Shown: positions 1 to 10,740, counted from the stretch's first letter. The stretch is 47,304 nucleotides of DNA from Microgenomates group bacterium RIFCSPHIGHO2_01_FULL_45_11 (GCA_001803465.1 MHDE01000002.1:1-47304), one strand, 5' to 3'. The notes: generated from the sequence alone by a model not told the origin. Numbers and translations are program-made.

Positions 1-152
1 TGACGGTGGTGGAATCATGGCTTTTAGGAAGAGTTCCCGGCAGAGAATGGCATGCCGTGCTGATCAAAGCAGCCGATACTATTCACTCAACCCCGGTATA
101 CTCAAAATAATTAAAATACATACCTCTTGCTGCCGGTTTTATTGGAAAAATT

Positions 153-3041
153 ATGGCTAGCCCATCCAAGTTGGTCCAGTCCCTCGCTTCAAACGGCTTG
201 TTAATCAGTGGTGTGGTTGGCCACCTCCTTGTGACGTTGGTGCTCGTCAGTCTCGTTTGGTCTCAATTAAAAGGTTGGGTTTATGCCGGTCGGCCAGCGG
301 GCGATTTCCTTCAGTTCGTCCACTACACCATTTATACTCGTCACCATCCGGGCTTACCCATTACTTCCTGGAATCACCTTTGGACAAAGGGCGCTCCGCG
401 TACCCTAGATACCACTTGGCTTCATTTTTATCTGATCCAACCCTTGGCCGACCAAATTGGGGTAGAGAAAGCCGTTTGGCTCTACCCGGTCATAGCTTTA
501 GGAGGATTAGTTGTCGCTAGTTACTTTCTCTTTTATCAAACGAGTGGCAGCCGCTTGATCGGTTTAGCTTTGGCAATTCCAGTGGCCATAAGCCCAAGCC
601 TACACGTAGCCTTGACCGAAAGAGGCGTGGTCACCTCTGCTATTTCTCAACTGTTTTTACCTCTAGAGTTATATTTCCTGGTCAAATTCTATCAAAAGAA
701 TAACTATAAACATCTTGTCCTTGCCGGGGTCATGGCTGCTCTTGGTATTTATAGTCACGGTTTAACCATGGCCTTTTTTGGCCTTTTACCGGGAGGCTTA
801 TTTTTGCTCTTTGCCACTAAATCCAAGAGTAAGCTTATTTCCCGCTCTAGTTTCAGAAACGCCGCTTTATTTTCTCTGGTAGCCTTGACTGTTGGCGCTC
901 TGGCCTTTTGGCCAACTTTCCTCCACAGCACTTTCACCGGCGGCAATCAGTCAGCCATGTTCCGGCAATTCCCTCAAACAGGCAAAGCCTATCCAACGAT
1001 TTGGGCCGATATTTATTCCACCACCAGTCCCAAGCTCTGGTGGCTTTTAGGTTTAGGCTTGATAGTCACGTTGGTTTGGAAATTAACCGAAAAGAAACCA
1101 CCGACCAACGTCATCGTTAAGTTCTTAAACTGGCTGTTGAAGCGTTCCCCTCCAGAGGAGTCAATGAAAGTAACCCCTTTTTTAGTGCTGGCAATTTTTG
1201 TTTTTCTCTGGTGGACCAGTTACTTTTTTGGCCTTAATCGTTATGAGTGGTTCTTTTTTCCTCAGCGCATTTACTGGGTAGTTACCGTTATCGGCGGTTT
1301 ATTAGCCGCCTATCTCTTCCGCCCCTTGACGTTTCACCGGCCGTTTAACCACCAGTCTTCAGCCATTAGCTGGTTAGTTAAAACCTGTTTGAAGTTAGCG
1401 ATTTTCGTTTTAATAAGTGCTTCAGTGTGGAGTCGGCTGAGCGGTTTTAACCTTCACCAAACCATCAACCAGCTCAAAACCTGGCAGCCTCCTGACTTTA
1501 AAGCCGATATGCTTGCTAAGTGGGGTGGACTGGTAGCTCAAGTGACAGACCTCACTGATCTCAACCATCGACTCTGGGCTCGTGATGAAGGCTTTAACCA
1601 GCGTTGGTCTTTAATTTCCGACCTGCCTCTGTTTTATGGTTTTTTTCACTTTGGCACCAGACAGACAGAGCTTTGGGACGGCTGGACGTATGAAGTCTTA
1701 TCCAACCGTAGTTTCGTAGCACAAGACATTCCTCCCCAATTAACCCAAGCTCAATCGGAGTTTTTTCTTGATTGGTATGGCATCAAGACCTTATACGGTT
1801 GCTTAAATACTAATGACTACTGTTCCTTAAGAAATGACTTCTACCAACTAGATCAGCCTTTAGTAGACAAACAGGTAACCTCCTCGGAACTTGCCGCTGG
1901 CGCCGTCACTATCAAAGACGAGTTTACCTCTTCAGTGGTGGAGGCGGTAGCTGTTCCCATAGTCGGTTTTATCGGTTCTGACTCTGGTTATCGCAACTTC
2001 ATGCTCAATTTAGCCACCCTTAAACTCGGCTCTTCCAAACTGGTGGTTTTAAGGCTGGGCCAGACAGTGTCCGCTCTTAACTCCAAGACCTTAAGTTTTC
2101 TTGATGGCGTCGTCATTAACGAACAACGCCGCCAAGGCTGGTTTGAAACTTCAGCCTGGCAGGGGCTCGAGAGTTTTGTTAAAAAAGGAGGCAGGGTATG
2201 GATTGACACCGGCGGCAACTCCGTCCAAAGAAACTCCCAGCGCCTGCCGGCCATCTTTCCCGTTTCCGCGGTTACCTATGGCAGTTTAGGCCGCCAGTGG
2301 CAGCTTAGTGGAGAACTGGCTTCGGCCATCAACTCGGTTAAGTTGTCGCCTTTGCAATACGAAAAAGACCCTTGGCAATTATCCTACGCTCACACCGACC
2401 AGTTAAGAACAGGCGCTACGGTGCTTCTGACTCAGGCCGGTCAACCCATCGTCGTCGGGATGAGCGTAGGCTCGGGCCAAGTCATCTGGAGTGGTGTTAA
2501 TTGGTTTTATCGTCTGGAGGAATATCGAGACAACGCCTTAAACGAAGTCATACCAGTTAAATTGTTATTTGAAAAGTTGCTGGGTCAGTTAGAAAAACAC
2601 CCCGTACCGAGTCGGTTTACCTTTATTAACCCCGGTACAACTGAAATATCTACCGTTGAGGCTAAAGGCATACTCTACAAATACAATCGCTGGCCAGGCT
2701 GGGTAGCCCAAACCCAACTCAATGGTCAGCCAACCTCTCTCCCTATCTACACCGCTGGTCCAGAATTAATGTTTGTCTCCATTCCCGAGAAATTCAAAAG
2801 TCAAGAGCTTACGATAACCTTCAAATATCGCGGTTCTCCTATCGATTGGATTTCATTTGGCTTAACCATTATCGCCAACCTCACCGTTCTTACGTATTTA
2901 ATAGGGGGGGAAAGAATCGTAGCCGCTTTGACAGCTTTAACAACTAGGCCACTCAAAAATCAGCCTTCTCGTCACCATCGTCATAATGGAGTTAGGGGCA
3001 GATGGAATCTCCGCGGCTGGTGGGAAAACGAGGAAACATGA
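153..3041 (+). CDS. Large polytopic membrane protein, GT-C/YfhO-like (PTPS-related membrane protein type) with C-terminal extracytoplasmic domain
   Basis: 962 aa ORF with about 12 N-terminal hydrophobic segments, a soluble domain and a C-terminal TM helix; its stop overlaps the GT2 start (ATGA). Confidence 0.65.
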   Translation: MASPSKLVQSLASNGLLISGVVGHLLVTLVLVSLVWSQLKGWVYAGRPAGDFLQFVHYTIYTRHHPGLPITSWNHLWTKGAPRTLDTTWLHFYLIQPLADQIGVEKAVWLYPVIALGGLVVASYFLFYQTSGSRLIGLALAIPVAISPSLHVALTERGVVTSAISQLFLPLELYFLVKFYQKNNYKHLVLAGVMAALGIYSHGLTMAFFGLLPGGLFLLFATKSKSKLISRSSFRNAALFSLVALTVGALAFWPTFLHSTFTGGNQSAMFRQFPQTGKAYPTIWADIYSTTSPKLWWLLGLGLIVTLVWKLTEKKPPTNVIVKFLNWLLKRSPPEESMKVTPFLVLAIFVFLWWTSYFFGLNRYEWFFFPQRIYWVVTVIGGLLAAYLFRPLTFHRPFNHQSSAISWLVKTCLKLAIFVLISASVWSRLSGFNLHQTINQLKTWQPPDFKADMLAKWGGLVAQVTDLTDLNHRLWARDEGFNQRWSLISDLPLFYGFFHFGTRQTELWDGWTYEVLSNRSFVAQDIPPQLTQAQSEFFLDWYGIKTLYGCLNTNDYCSLRNDFYQLDQPLVDKQVTSSELAAGAVTIKDEFTSSVVEAVAVPIVGFIGSDSGYRNFMLNLATLKLGSSKLVVLRLGQTVSALNSKTLSFLDGVVINEQRRQGWFETSAWQGLESFVKKGGRVWIDTGGNSVQRNSQRLPAIFPVSAVTYGSLGRQWQLSGELASAINSVKLSPLQYEKDPWQLSYAHTDQLRTGATVLLTQAGQPIVVGMSVGSGQVIWSGVNWFYRLEEYRDNALNEVIPVKLLFEKLLGQLEKHPVPSRFTFINPGTTEISTVEAKGILYKYNRWPGWVAQTQLNGQPTSLPIYTAGPELMFVSIPEKFKSQELTITFKYRGSPIDWISFGLTIIANLTVLTYLIGGERIVAALTALTTRPLKNQPSRHHRHNGVRGRWNLRGWWENEET

Positions 3042-3982
3042 CGAGTCAGAAACTCCACTTTAGTGTCGTCATCCCCGTCTACAACGAAGCTGCCAACATC
3101 GGAAACCTCTTAACCTCCCTGCTCAATCAAACATTAACCACCGTCACTCTCGAAGAAATCGTCGTTGTCGCTTCCGGTTGCACTGATGACACCGAAGCAA
3201 TTGTCAGACGCTGGCAAAAAAAAGACCGGCGGTTAAAGTTACTTACCCAAACAGTCAGAAGAGGGAAGACGTCTGCCTTAAACCTTTTTCTTAACCATTC
3301 CACTGCTTCTCTCGTCGCCCTCGTCGGCGGCGATGTTGTCCTTAAACATCACACTCTTGACCGCTTGACAACTCATTTTCAAGATAAAACTGTCGGCATG
3401 GTCGGCGCCCGCATCATTCCCGTCAACGACAAACATAGTTTTTGGGGTTTTGCCCACCATACTATCTGGAACCTACATGATCAAGTGGCCCGCCGCCACC
3501 CTCGCTTAGGAGAAGTTACGGTTTGGCGTCGAGTCTTTGACCAGCTCCCTGCCGCTACCATTTGCGATGAGGCCACTATCGAAACCTTTATCCTTCGGGC
3601 CGGCTTGCGCTTAGTCTATGAACCGAAAGCCATCGCCTACAACCGCGGTCCAGAAAAATTCAGCGAATATTTGAGTCGCCGCCGCAGTATTCACCTGGGC
3701 CATTTACAGATTCAAAAACAATGGAATCAACCAGTCGTCTCCGTTCAAACAAGGCTTCTTCTGCCCTATTTCTTACACCAAATCTTTAGTGACCGAAGGC
3801 ACCTAATATGGTATGGTGGAGTTCTAGTACTCGAACTCATCGCCCGCGTCAGCGCCACCATCGATTATTACTGGGGGAAGGGGAAACGGCAAGTAGTTTG
3901 GCCAGTCGCCGAATCTGCCAAGCTACCTATTACACTCAAATCAAAAATTAGAAAAGTAAATGCGAGCCAGAGTACCTGGTAA
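3038..3982 (+). CDS. Glycosyltransferase family 2
   Basis: SVVIPVYNEA, SGCTDDT, RGKTSALN and late RRR motifs; ATG at 3038 is coupled to the upstream stop. Confidence 0.9.
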   Translation: MTSQKLHFSVVIPVYNEAANIGNLLTSLLNQTLTTVTLEEIVVVASGCTDDTEAIVRRWQKKDRRLKLLTQTVRRGKTSALNLFLNHSTASLVALVGGDVVLKHHTLDRLTTHFQDKTVGMVGARIIPVNDKHSFWGFAHHTIWNLHDQVARRHPRLGEVTVWRRVFDQLPAATICDEATIETFILRAGLRLVYEPKAIAYNRGPEKFSEYLSRRRSIHLGHLQIQKQWNQPVVSVQTRLLLPYFLHQIFSDRRHLIWYGGVLVLELIARVSATIDYYWGKGKRQVVWPVAESAKLPITLKSKIRKVNASQSTW

Positions 3983-4058
3983 GCTAAAGAGCCAAGAAAA
4001 ATTGTACCTGCCTGTCTTTGGAGGGTCGATCGAAAGACAAACAGCTGATTAAACTTCT

Positions 4059-5147
4059 ATGAAACGATACCTTCCCTTCTTGCCCCGAATTATCAACCGC
4101 CGCGGCCTGCCTATTCACCTTATCTACTTCGTCACCGGCCGCTGCAACCTAAAATGCGAACACTGCTTTTATTGGAAAGAGTTGAATCAGGGAAAGAATG
4201 AGCTGACCTTGGATGAGGTAGAAAAGATCAGCCGTTCCATGGATCCCTTACTTTGGTTAGCTTTGACCGGGGGCGAACCCTTTTTACGTCCCGATCTGTC
4301 CGCTATCGCCAGAACGTTTGTAAAAAATACCTTCGTTCGTCACATTTCCATTCCTACTAATGGGTTTTTCACCGAAAATATTGTCGATTCAGTAAACCAG
4401 ATGCTCACCGATAACCCGGCCACTACCTTTTCTATCACCGTTTCCTGCGATGGTCTGGAAGAAATGCACGACAAAATCCGTGGCATTCCTGGTTCATTTA
4501 AATCCTTGGTTAGGACAGTCAAGGAATTAAAAAGACTCAAAAAACGCCATGCCAATCTGGGTGTGGGTATGACCATGACCTTTACCGCCACCAACCAACA
4601 TCATTTTTTAGATATCTATCGGCATTTGCGTGACGAAGTCCGCCCCGACGAAATCGTCTTCAACCTGATCCGTGGTCTTCCCAAAAATCCCGTCACCGCT
4701 AACATCGACCTTAAACTCTACCGTCAGGCAGTTAAGCAAAAATTGACCGATCTTAAAACCGGCAAGCTACCCTACTACCGCTTTGGTCTTATGGGTAAAT
4801 TAGCCGCTGCTCGCGACGTTGTCATGTACGACCGCATTGTTAAATACAAGGAGGGTAGGGGAAAGTACACTCCTTGTTTAGCCGGTCGCCTCTCTGCAGT
4901 CATGGACGAAGCCGGTGTTGTCTATCCCTGCGAACTCTTATCCTTCAAATTAGGTAATATCCGTGACTTTAATTACCGTTGGCCGGATTTATGGCAAACA
5001 CCGGAAGCCGACAAAATTCGCCGCTGGATTTGGGACACTCACTGCGCCTGTACCCATGAATGTTTTTTGACCACCAACATTTTCTTTTCTCCCCGTAGTT
5101 ACACGGAATTATTAACTCAACTAGTTCCTTTTCATGTCCACCGGTAA
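4059..5147 (+). CDS. Radical SAM/SPASM(Twitch) protein
   Basis: CNLKCEHC (CxxxCxxC), TGGEPF, C-terminal CLAG...G.VYPCE...CACTHEC. Confidence 0.92.
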   Translation: MKRYLPFLPRIINRRGLPIHLIYFVTGRCNLKCEHCFYWKELNQGKNELTLDEVEKISRSMDPLLWLALTGGEPFLRPDLSAIARTFVKNTFVRHISIPTNGFFTENIVDSVNQMLTDNPATTFSITVSCDGLEEMHDKIRGIPGSFKSLVRTVKELKRLKKRHANLGVGMTMTFTATNQHHFLDIYRHLRDEVRPDEIVFNLIRGLPKNPVTANIDLKLYRQAVKQKLTDLKTGKLPYYRFGLMGKLAAARDVVMYDRIVKYKEGRGKYTPCLAGRLSAVMDEAGVVYPCELLSFKLGNIRDFNYRWPDLWQTPEADKIRRWIWDTHCACTHECFLTTNIFFSPRSYTELLTQLVPFHVHR

Positions 5148-5925
5148 ATCACTTCCAGCCAACTACCTTAAAGACTATTTAAAAGTCGCTCCCATTTCCC
5201 ATTCCGTCTGGAGAGCCGCTGAAGCTAAAGAGTTGTCCAAAATAGATTTACCTCCTCCCACGCTCGATGTTGGCTGCGGTTTTGGCGAATTTGCCGGCGT
5301 TTTTTTTGATTCGATGATTGAAGTTGGCATCGACATTTCCTTACCCGACGTGCTGCAAGCTAAACAGGGAAAAAAGTACCGGCGCGTCGAGTGTATCGAT
5401 GCCAAGAAGATGCCCTTTAGAAGTAATAGTTTCGCCTCTATTTTATCAGTTTCGGTTCTAGAACACATCTCTCGGGTGGACGAAGTATTAGCAGAAATCT
5501 ACCGAGTACTAAAAGTAGGCGGAATATTTATTTTTACAGTTCCTTCCAATCGATTCTCAAGTGAACTAATTGGTCACAAGTTCTTCAAAGCTGTCGGTCT
5601 TAACCGCTTGAGCCGGCTCTACTCGTACATAGTTAACCTTACCTTCCGTCACCACAATTTATGGTCAAAAGCCACCTGGGAAAAACAGTTACGCCAGCAA
5701 GGTTTTACTGTCAATCAGGTCAAAAGCATTGTTCCTTTTCCCGTTTTCCGCGTTTGGGAGTTAGGTTTACCTTTGGCTTTACCCTCGCAGTTGGGAAAAC
5801 TCTTGTGGGGAAAACGGTTTGTGGTTCGGCCACCAGGGTTAGTTCCCTTTCTCACCCTCCTCTTACGACCCTTATCTCAAGCCCGCGGCACCGGCACCAA
5901 TTGGCTCATTATCGCCAGGAAATGA
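5134..5925 (+). CDS. Class I SAM-dependent methyltransferase
   Basis: LDVGCGFG, GIDIS, SVLEHI, RVLKVGG motifs. Confidence 0.9.
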   Translation: MSTGKSLPANYLKDYLKVAPISHSVWRAAEAKELSKIDLPPPTLDVGCGFGEFAGVFFDSMIEVGIDISLPDVLQAKQGKKYRRVECIDAKKMPFRSNSFASILSVSVLEHISRVDEVLAEIYRVLKVGGIFIFTVPSNRFSSELIGHKFFKAVGLNRLSRLYSYIVNLTFRHHNLWSKATWEKQLRQQGFTVNQVKSIVPFPVFRVWELGLPLALPSQLGKLLWGKRFVVRPPGLVPFLTLLLRPLSQARGTGTNWLIIARK

Positions 5926-5957
5926 ACATACCGACATTACTTTCTACTTCTTATTCA

Positions 5958-7733
5958 TTATTTTCTTACCACAAATCTTTCCAGCACCAATACATCCAAC
6001 CCACTTTTTATAAAGGTATTGAAAGCATCCTCGGGTGAATTGACAATCGGTTCACCCCGCAAATTAAACGAGGTATTAAGGATCACCGGTACTCCCGTCA
6101 ACCGTCCGAACTCCTTAATCAATCGAAAGTAGCGCCGATTAGTTCTCTCATCCACCGTTTGTAATCTTGAAGTTCCCATATGATTGACCGCTTGAACGTT
6201 ATTGGCCTTGGTCTTATTTGTCGGCACTACTATGATCATAAACCGGGCCGGGTTACTGGTCGGGTCGTCAATGGCAAAATAGTCCTTGGCTTTTTCCATT
6301 AACACCGCCGGCGCAAACGGCCGATACGGCTCGCGAAACTTAATTTTGCTATTTACTACATCTTTCATCGCCGCTCGCCGAGGATCCGCCAAAATGCTCC
6401 GGTTACCGAGCGCCCTTGGCCCCCATTCGCTTCTTCCCTGAAACCAGCCCACCACTTTTTGCTTGACCAGAGCTTGAGCGACTACCTGAATCAGTGTCTT
6501 CTCGTCCTTGTATTCTGTATAAATAATCTTTTTTTTCTTTAAAAACCGCTCTATCTCTTCTCTCCTAAATGCTTGTCCATAATACCCATGGGTCAGCTGG
6601 TAACGTTTCTTTCTACCTAAAATCTGATGGTAGACATACAAAGCAGCCCCAAGCGACCCGCCGCTGTCTCCCGCTGCCGGCTGGATGAAAAGGTTTCTAA
6701 ACGGCGTTTGCTTGACAATTTTTCCATTAGCCACGCTATTTAAAGCCACCCCTCCAGCCAAACACAAGTTGGTTAAACCCGTCTCGTTTGCCAGATACCG
6801 GCACATCGTCAAGATAATTTCTTCCGTCACCGTCTGAATGGACGCGGCAATGTCCGCATAGTATTGGTTGACCTTCACTTGATGCGCATAATCCTTAGGT
6901 TTATCTCCCCAAAACTGCGGGTACCCGGTCTGGTCGGTAAAAAATAAGGAGTTTTTATCGCGCGGTCTACCAAACAAACGTTCAAACTTATCATTATATG
7001 AATATTCAGGCGAGGAGTGAAACGTAAAGTAAGAAAGATCAAGCCGAATCGAACCGTCACCAAAAATCTCCACCAGCTTCTTAACTTTATCGACAAAACG
7101 CGGTCTACCGTACGGCGCCATTCCCATCACTTTATACTCGCCTTCATTGACCTCAAATCCCAAAAAAGCGGTAAAGACACTGTAGAGGAGACCGAGAGAG
7201 TGGGGAAAACGCATTTCTTTAAATAACTTAATCTTATTGTCCTCTCCGACACCATACGTTCCCACACTCCACTCACCGACGCCATCAAGCGTCAGAATCG
7301 CTGCTTTTTGGTAGGGCGACGGATAAAAGGCACTGGCCGCATGCGCCAAATGGTGATCGCAAAACAAAATCTTGTCAAACGACACCCTCACCCTCTCGGC
7401 GATGGTTTGCTTAATCCACAATTTCTTGGTCACCCATTCCTTCATCGCCGACCGGAATAACTGGTTAGATTGGGGATAAGTGGCCAGTATTTGCTTAATA
7501 ATCCGTTCAAATTTTACAAACGGCTTTTCGTAAAACACTACGTAATCTAGTTGCCGAGCTGTTATTCCCGCTTGTTTAAGGCAAAAACTAATCGCTTTTT
7601 CTGGGAAACTCGGGTCATTCTTAATCCGACTCAACCGCTCTTCTTGGGTGGCAGCCGCGATTTTCCCGTCAACAATTAAAGCCGCCGCCGCATCATGGTA
7701 GTAACAGGAAATCCCCAAAATTTTTAAACTCAT
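5958..7733 (-). CDS. Carbamoyltransferase, NodU/CmcH family
   Basis: ILGISCYYHDAAAAL, DHHLAHAASAF, EYKVMGMAPYG, GPRALGNRSIL, LNTSFN; start placed at MSLKILG. Confidence 0.95.
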   Translation of the reverse strand: MSLKILGISCYYHDAAAALIVDGKIAAATQEERLSRIKNDPSFPEKAISFCLKQAGITARQLDYVVFYEKPFVKFERIIKQILATYPQSNQLFRSAMKEWVTKKLWIKQTIAERVRVSFDKILFCDHHLAHAASAFYPSPYQKAAILTLDGVGEWSVGTYGVGEDNKIKLFKEMRFPHSLGLLYSVFTAFLGFEVNEGEYKVMGMAPYGRPRFVDKVKKLVEIFGDGSIRLDLSYFTFHSSPEYSYNDKFERLFGRPRDKNSLFFTDQTGYPQFWGDKPKDYAHQVKVNQYYADIAASIQTVTEEIILTMCRYLANETGLTNLCLAGGVALNSVANGKIVKQTPFRNLFIQPAAGDSGGSLGAALYVYHQILGRKKRYQLTHGYYGQAFRREEIERFLKKKKIIYTEYKDEKTLIQVVAQALVKQKVVGWFQGRSEWGPRALGNRSILADPRRAAMKDVVNSKIKFREPYRPFAPAVLMEKAKDYFAIDDPTSNPARFMIIVVPTNKTKANNVQAVNHMGTSRLQTVDERTNRRYFRLIKEFGRLTGVPVILNTSFNLRGEPIVNSPEDAFNTFIKSGLDVLVLERFVVRK

Positions 7734-7976
7734 TCGATTTATTAAATTATAAATAATGTGTTTTGGCTCCGAAACCATAACGAGTCAGTTATTGTTTGCA
7801 GGGCATTGAGTGTCTGGTAATAAAATCTTTAAAGATAACTTTATATCAACCAGACACTCATTGAGTGAACTAGTTAAAACTTTAAAGTGGCTATGGTACC
7901 ACGCGAACGTCCCGAAAACAGTAACTGGCGAGCCGTCAAGTCAATTGGAAACATTGGATTACTACCTTTATGTGCA

Positions 7977-8243
7977 TTATGCTTGTCGGGAAAGACCGGT
8001 CAAATCCGCACTCGACCGGCTATCCTTATCTATCCAATTAGTTTTTTGCCTCGATTTAACCTTCAGGCGGCTTGCCCTGAGCGACTGAAAAGAGTCGAAG
8101 GGATCGGCCACCAGTCTATAGACAATTGCAATCGGCGTTACTACCAGCCAATAGATTAGCGAGAGAATCACTTGCGCTTGAAAATTAACCAGTTTGAGAC
8201 TGACCTTTTTCCACCGCTCCCAGAGAATATTAAGCAATTTCAT
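7977..8243 (-). CDS. SxtJ-like small membrane protein
   Basis: W..LVNFQAQVILSLIYWLVVTPIAIVYRL..DP motif; usual neighbour of carbamoyltransferases. Confidence 0.7.
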   Translation of the reverse strand: MKLLNILWERWKKVSLKLVNFQAQVILSLIYWLVVTPIAIVYRLVADPFDSFQSLRASRLKVKSRQKTNWIDKDSRSSADLTGLSRQA

Positions 8244-8388
8244 ACGCCAAATTGTAAACTCACCGATCAGTAATTTGCAAACAGAAATTACGTAGATCGT
8301 AGATACGTAGTCCGTAGTCGGTAGAAATAAGATTTATTATCTTGCTTCTTGTTTCTGGTATCTTACTTCTAAACTTTCTTCTTACTTC

Positions 8389-9285
8389 TTATTTCTTACT
8401 CATTCCTTGCAATCCTTCCACCAAGTTGGGTGGCCGATAACCAATCGCCTTTTCGATCCTTTCCGTCTTCAAAATAGCATACTTGGGTCGGGGAGCCAGA
8501 CTTGTAAAAACCCCGCTCGTCACTGGCGTAATTAACTTAGTTGAATACCCAAAAGCCCCAGCTACAGCCTTTGCCCACTCGTACCGACTCACCACGTCTT
8601 GACCACCAATATGATAAATCCCTGTCAGCTTTTTATCGATTAACTGCCAAATCGCCTTACTCGCCGTCAGGTTATCAATCGGATTAGTGTATCGATCAGT
8701 CACCATTTCAAGCTTCCTGTCCGCTGCCAACTCATTAAGCATCCAACTGATAGGATTCAACCGCGCTCTCTTTGGTTGCCAGCCGTAAAGAGTTGTTAAC
8801 CTAACGATTAGCCATTTCAAATTACTCTGTTTCACTAACTCTTCTGCCGCTAACTTTGTTTGACCATAGACGTTGAGTGATTGTGGTTTATCCTCCTCGT
8901 CATAGCCGTCACCCTTTCTACCGTCAAAAACCATCACCGACGACATAAAAATAAGGTAGCAGTCAGCCTTCTTCGCGGCCTCAACCACGTTTCTTGTTCC
9001 CGCTAGGTTGACCGCTTCGGCCTCGCTCCGGTGCTTTTGACAATAATCAATATCCGACACCGCCGCTAGGTGAATAATAATGGTAGGCTTGACAATTTGT
9101 ATCACTTCAGCAATCGCCGCTTTTTCAGTAACATTTAGCGGTAAGAGTTTAATTCCAGTGTTACCCAGTCGGGATGGGGGAGAAGTCAGATACGTTCCGG
9201 TCAGATGAAATCGTTTCGGCGCGGTGGTAATTAACCCAGTGCCCAAAAGCGACGGCAGTCCAGTAATCAATACCTTCTCTGTCAT
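8389..9285 (-). CDS. rmlD: dTDP-4-dehydrorhamnose reductase-like SDR
   Basis: IHLAAVSDID, SS.MVFDG, YGQTK, LAPRP motifs; the Rossmann glycine motif is degenerate. Confidence 0.75.
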   Translation of the reverse strand: MTEKVLITGLPSLLGTGLITTAPKRFHLTGTYLTSPPSRLGNTGIKLLPLNVTEKAAIAEVIQIVKPTIIIHLAAVSDIDYCQKHRSEAEAVNLAGTRNVVEAAKKADCYLIFMSSVMVFDGRKGDGYDEEDKPQSLNVYGQTKLAAEELVKQSNLKWLIVRLTTLYGWQPKRARLNPISWMLNELAADRKLEMVTDRYTNPIDNLTASKAIWQLIDKKLTGIYHIGGQDVVSRYEWAKAVAGAFGYSTKLITPVTSGVFTSLAPRPKYAILKTERIEKAIGYRPPNLVEGLQGMSKK

Positions 9286-9310
9286 AGACAGATAAACTTT
9301 ACCCTACGAT

Positions 9311-10657
9311 CTACGTACTACGATCTACGTACTGACTAGCCATTGGCAGGGAAAAACTGAACGTGGAACCTTTGCCTAGCTGTGAAGTAAACCAAATTTT
9401 CCCTTTCATTTTCTCCACCAATTGTTTGACTATAAATAATCCCAAACCCGTTCCGGGAGTCCCCCTGGCCACCTCTTCTTCCGCCCGGAAAAACCGGGTG
9501 AAAATCTTTTTTTGGTCATCCTCGGAGATGCCTACCCCCTGGTCAGCCACGTGCGTCACCGCCAAGCCGTTCTGGATAATATGGCTCACCCGAATTGTCC
9601 CCTTTTCCGAATATTTAATGGCGTTGCTAACCAGGTTATTGACCACCTCTTTAACCCGGTCGGGATCAGCCATTACTTTCAGTTCCGTATTGACGCAGTC
9701 ATGGGTTAGGTCCAATTTTTTCTGTTGGGCTAAAGGCTTCAGGCTCTCTACCAGCTGCTCAATTAAAGGGCAAAGATCAAACTCTTTAGCGCTAATTGTC
9801 AGGGTTTTAGCCTCGCTTCTGGCAATTTGCAGTAAGTCGTTCACTAGGTTAACCAGCTGTAGATTACTGATATTTAGTTGATCAACCGCTTCTTTCAATT
9901 TATCTGGCACCTTACCAAAACTGCCCTCGCCAATCATCGATAAGTACCCGCGCATCGCCGTCACCGGATTTTTAAGTTCATGGGTGGCGATAAACACAAA
10001 CTCGTCTTTCAGTCGGTCTAAACGGCGCAAATCTCGGTTCGCTTTCTCAAGTTTCTGCGTCGCCTCTTCAAGTTTTGTATAAAGTGACGCATTTTGTACC
10101 GCCAAACCAACAATATCGGAGAAGCTTCGAATCAGATCCTTCTCATCGGCAGATACTTCAATCGGATCCTTACTCATAGAAAATATAAGCGCTCCAATTG
10201 CCTTGTTTCGAGCCAGCACTGGGTAGACTATGCTCGTTCGAATTCCCAGACTTTTTTGGATTTTAAGCGCCTCATCTTCGCTGAAAGACGGCATAAGAAT
10301 ATCCGGCCACTTCCTGGTTACGTGGGGAGCTTTCTGCCGCATTGTCTTAATCAAAATGTTGTCGCGGTAAGACAGAGGGATGACTATCTCATGAAAGGGT
10401 ATCGGCGACTCTTTAATCGCTTGCCGGGCTTTTTTAGTATGAGATATAGCTATCCGCTTTAACTGGCGATCTTTTTGATCCGTCAAGCATAAAACGACTA
10501 TTTGGTAGCCAAGTTTTAAATATCCGAGTTCCAAAAGCACGCTGTCGCAAATTTCTTGCACCACCTCGTTAAAATTGAGCGAATCGAGTATAATCTTCTC
10601 CAGCCGCCACAGGGCTGCTATAGTTTCTTTAGTTCGGGGAGTCGTTTGATAGACCAT
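9311..10657 (-). CDS. GAF-domain sensor histidine kinase
   Basis: THELKNP H-box, NLVSNAIKY, DQGVGI, GTGLGL, N-terminal GAF; start moved to MVYQ to avoid overlap with the divergent gene. Confidence 0.92.
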   Translation of the reverse strand: MVYQTTPRTKETIAALWRLEKIILDSLNFNEVVQEICDSVLLELGYLKLGYQIVVLCLTDQKDRQLKRIAISHTKKARQAIKESPIPFHEIVIPLSYRDNILIKTMRQKAPHVTRKWPDILMPSFSEDEALKIQKSLGIRTSIVYPVLARNKAIGALIFSMSKDPIEVSADEKDLIRSFSDIVGLAVQNASLYTKLEEATQKLEKANRDLRRLDRLKDEFVFIATHELKNPVTAMRGYLSMIGEGSFGKVPDKLKEAVDQLNISNLQLVNLVNDLLQIARSEAKTLTISAKEFDLCPLIEQLVESLKPLAQQKKLDLTHDCVNTELKVMADPDRVKEVVNNLVSNAIKYSEKGTIRVSHIIQNGLAVTHVADQGVGISEDDQKKIFTRFFRAEEEVARGTPGTGLGLFIVKQLVEKMKGKIWFTSQLGKGSTFSFSLPMASQYVDRST

Positions 10658-10740
10658 AAAAATAAATAGCCTGGGTAAATTTGCTTTACCCGCCTTTCCT
10701 TTCATAGTAACATAAGACGAGTTATCAGGAAACAAAAACG

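Noticed and set aside
1..152. Gene at the left edge
   Set aside because: Only very short minus-strand frames are visible; nothing can be supported
5958..8243. Saxitoxin cluster (sxtI/sxtJ)
   Set aside because: This pair is widespread outside toxin clusters and no other sxt genes are present
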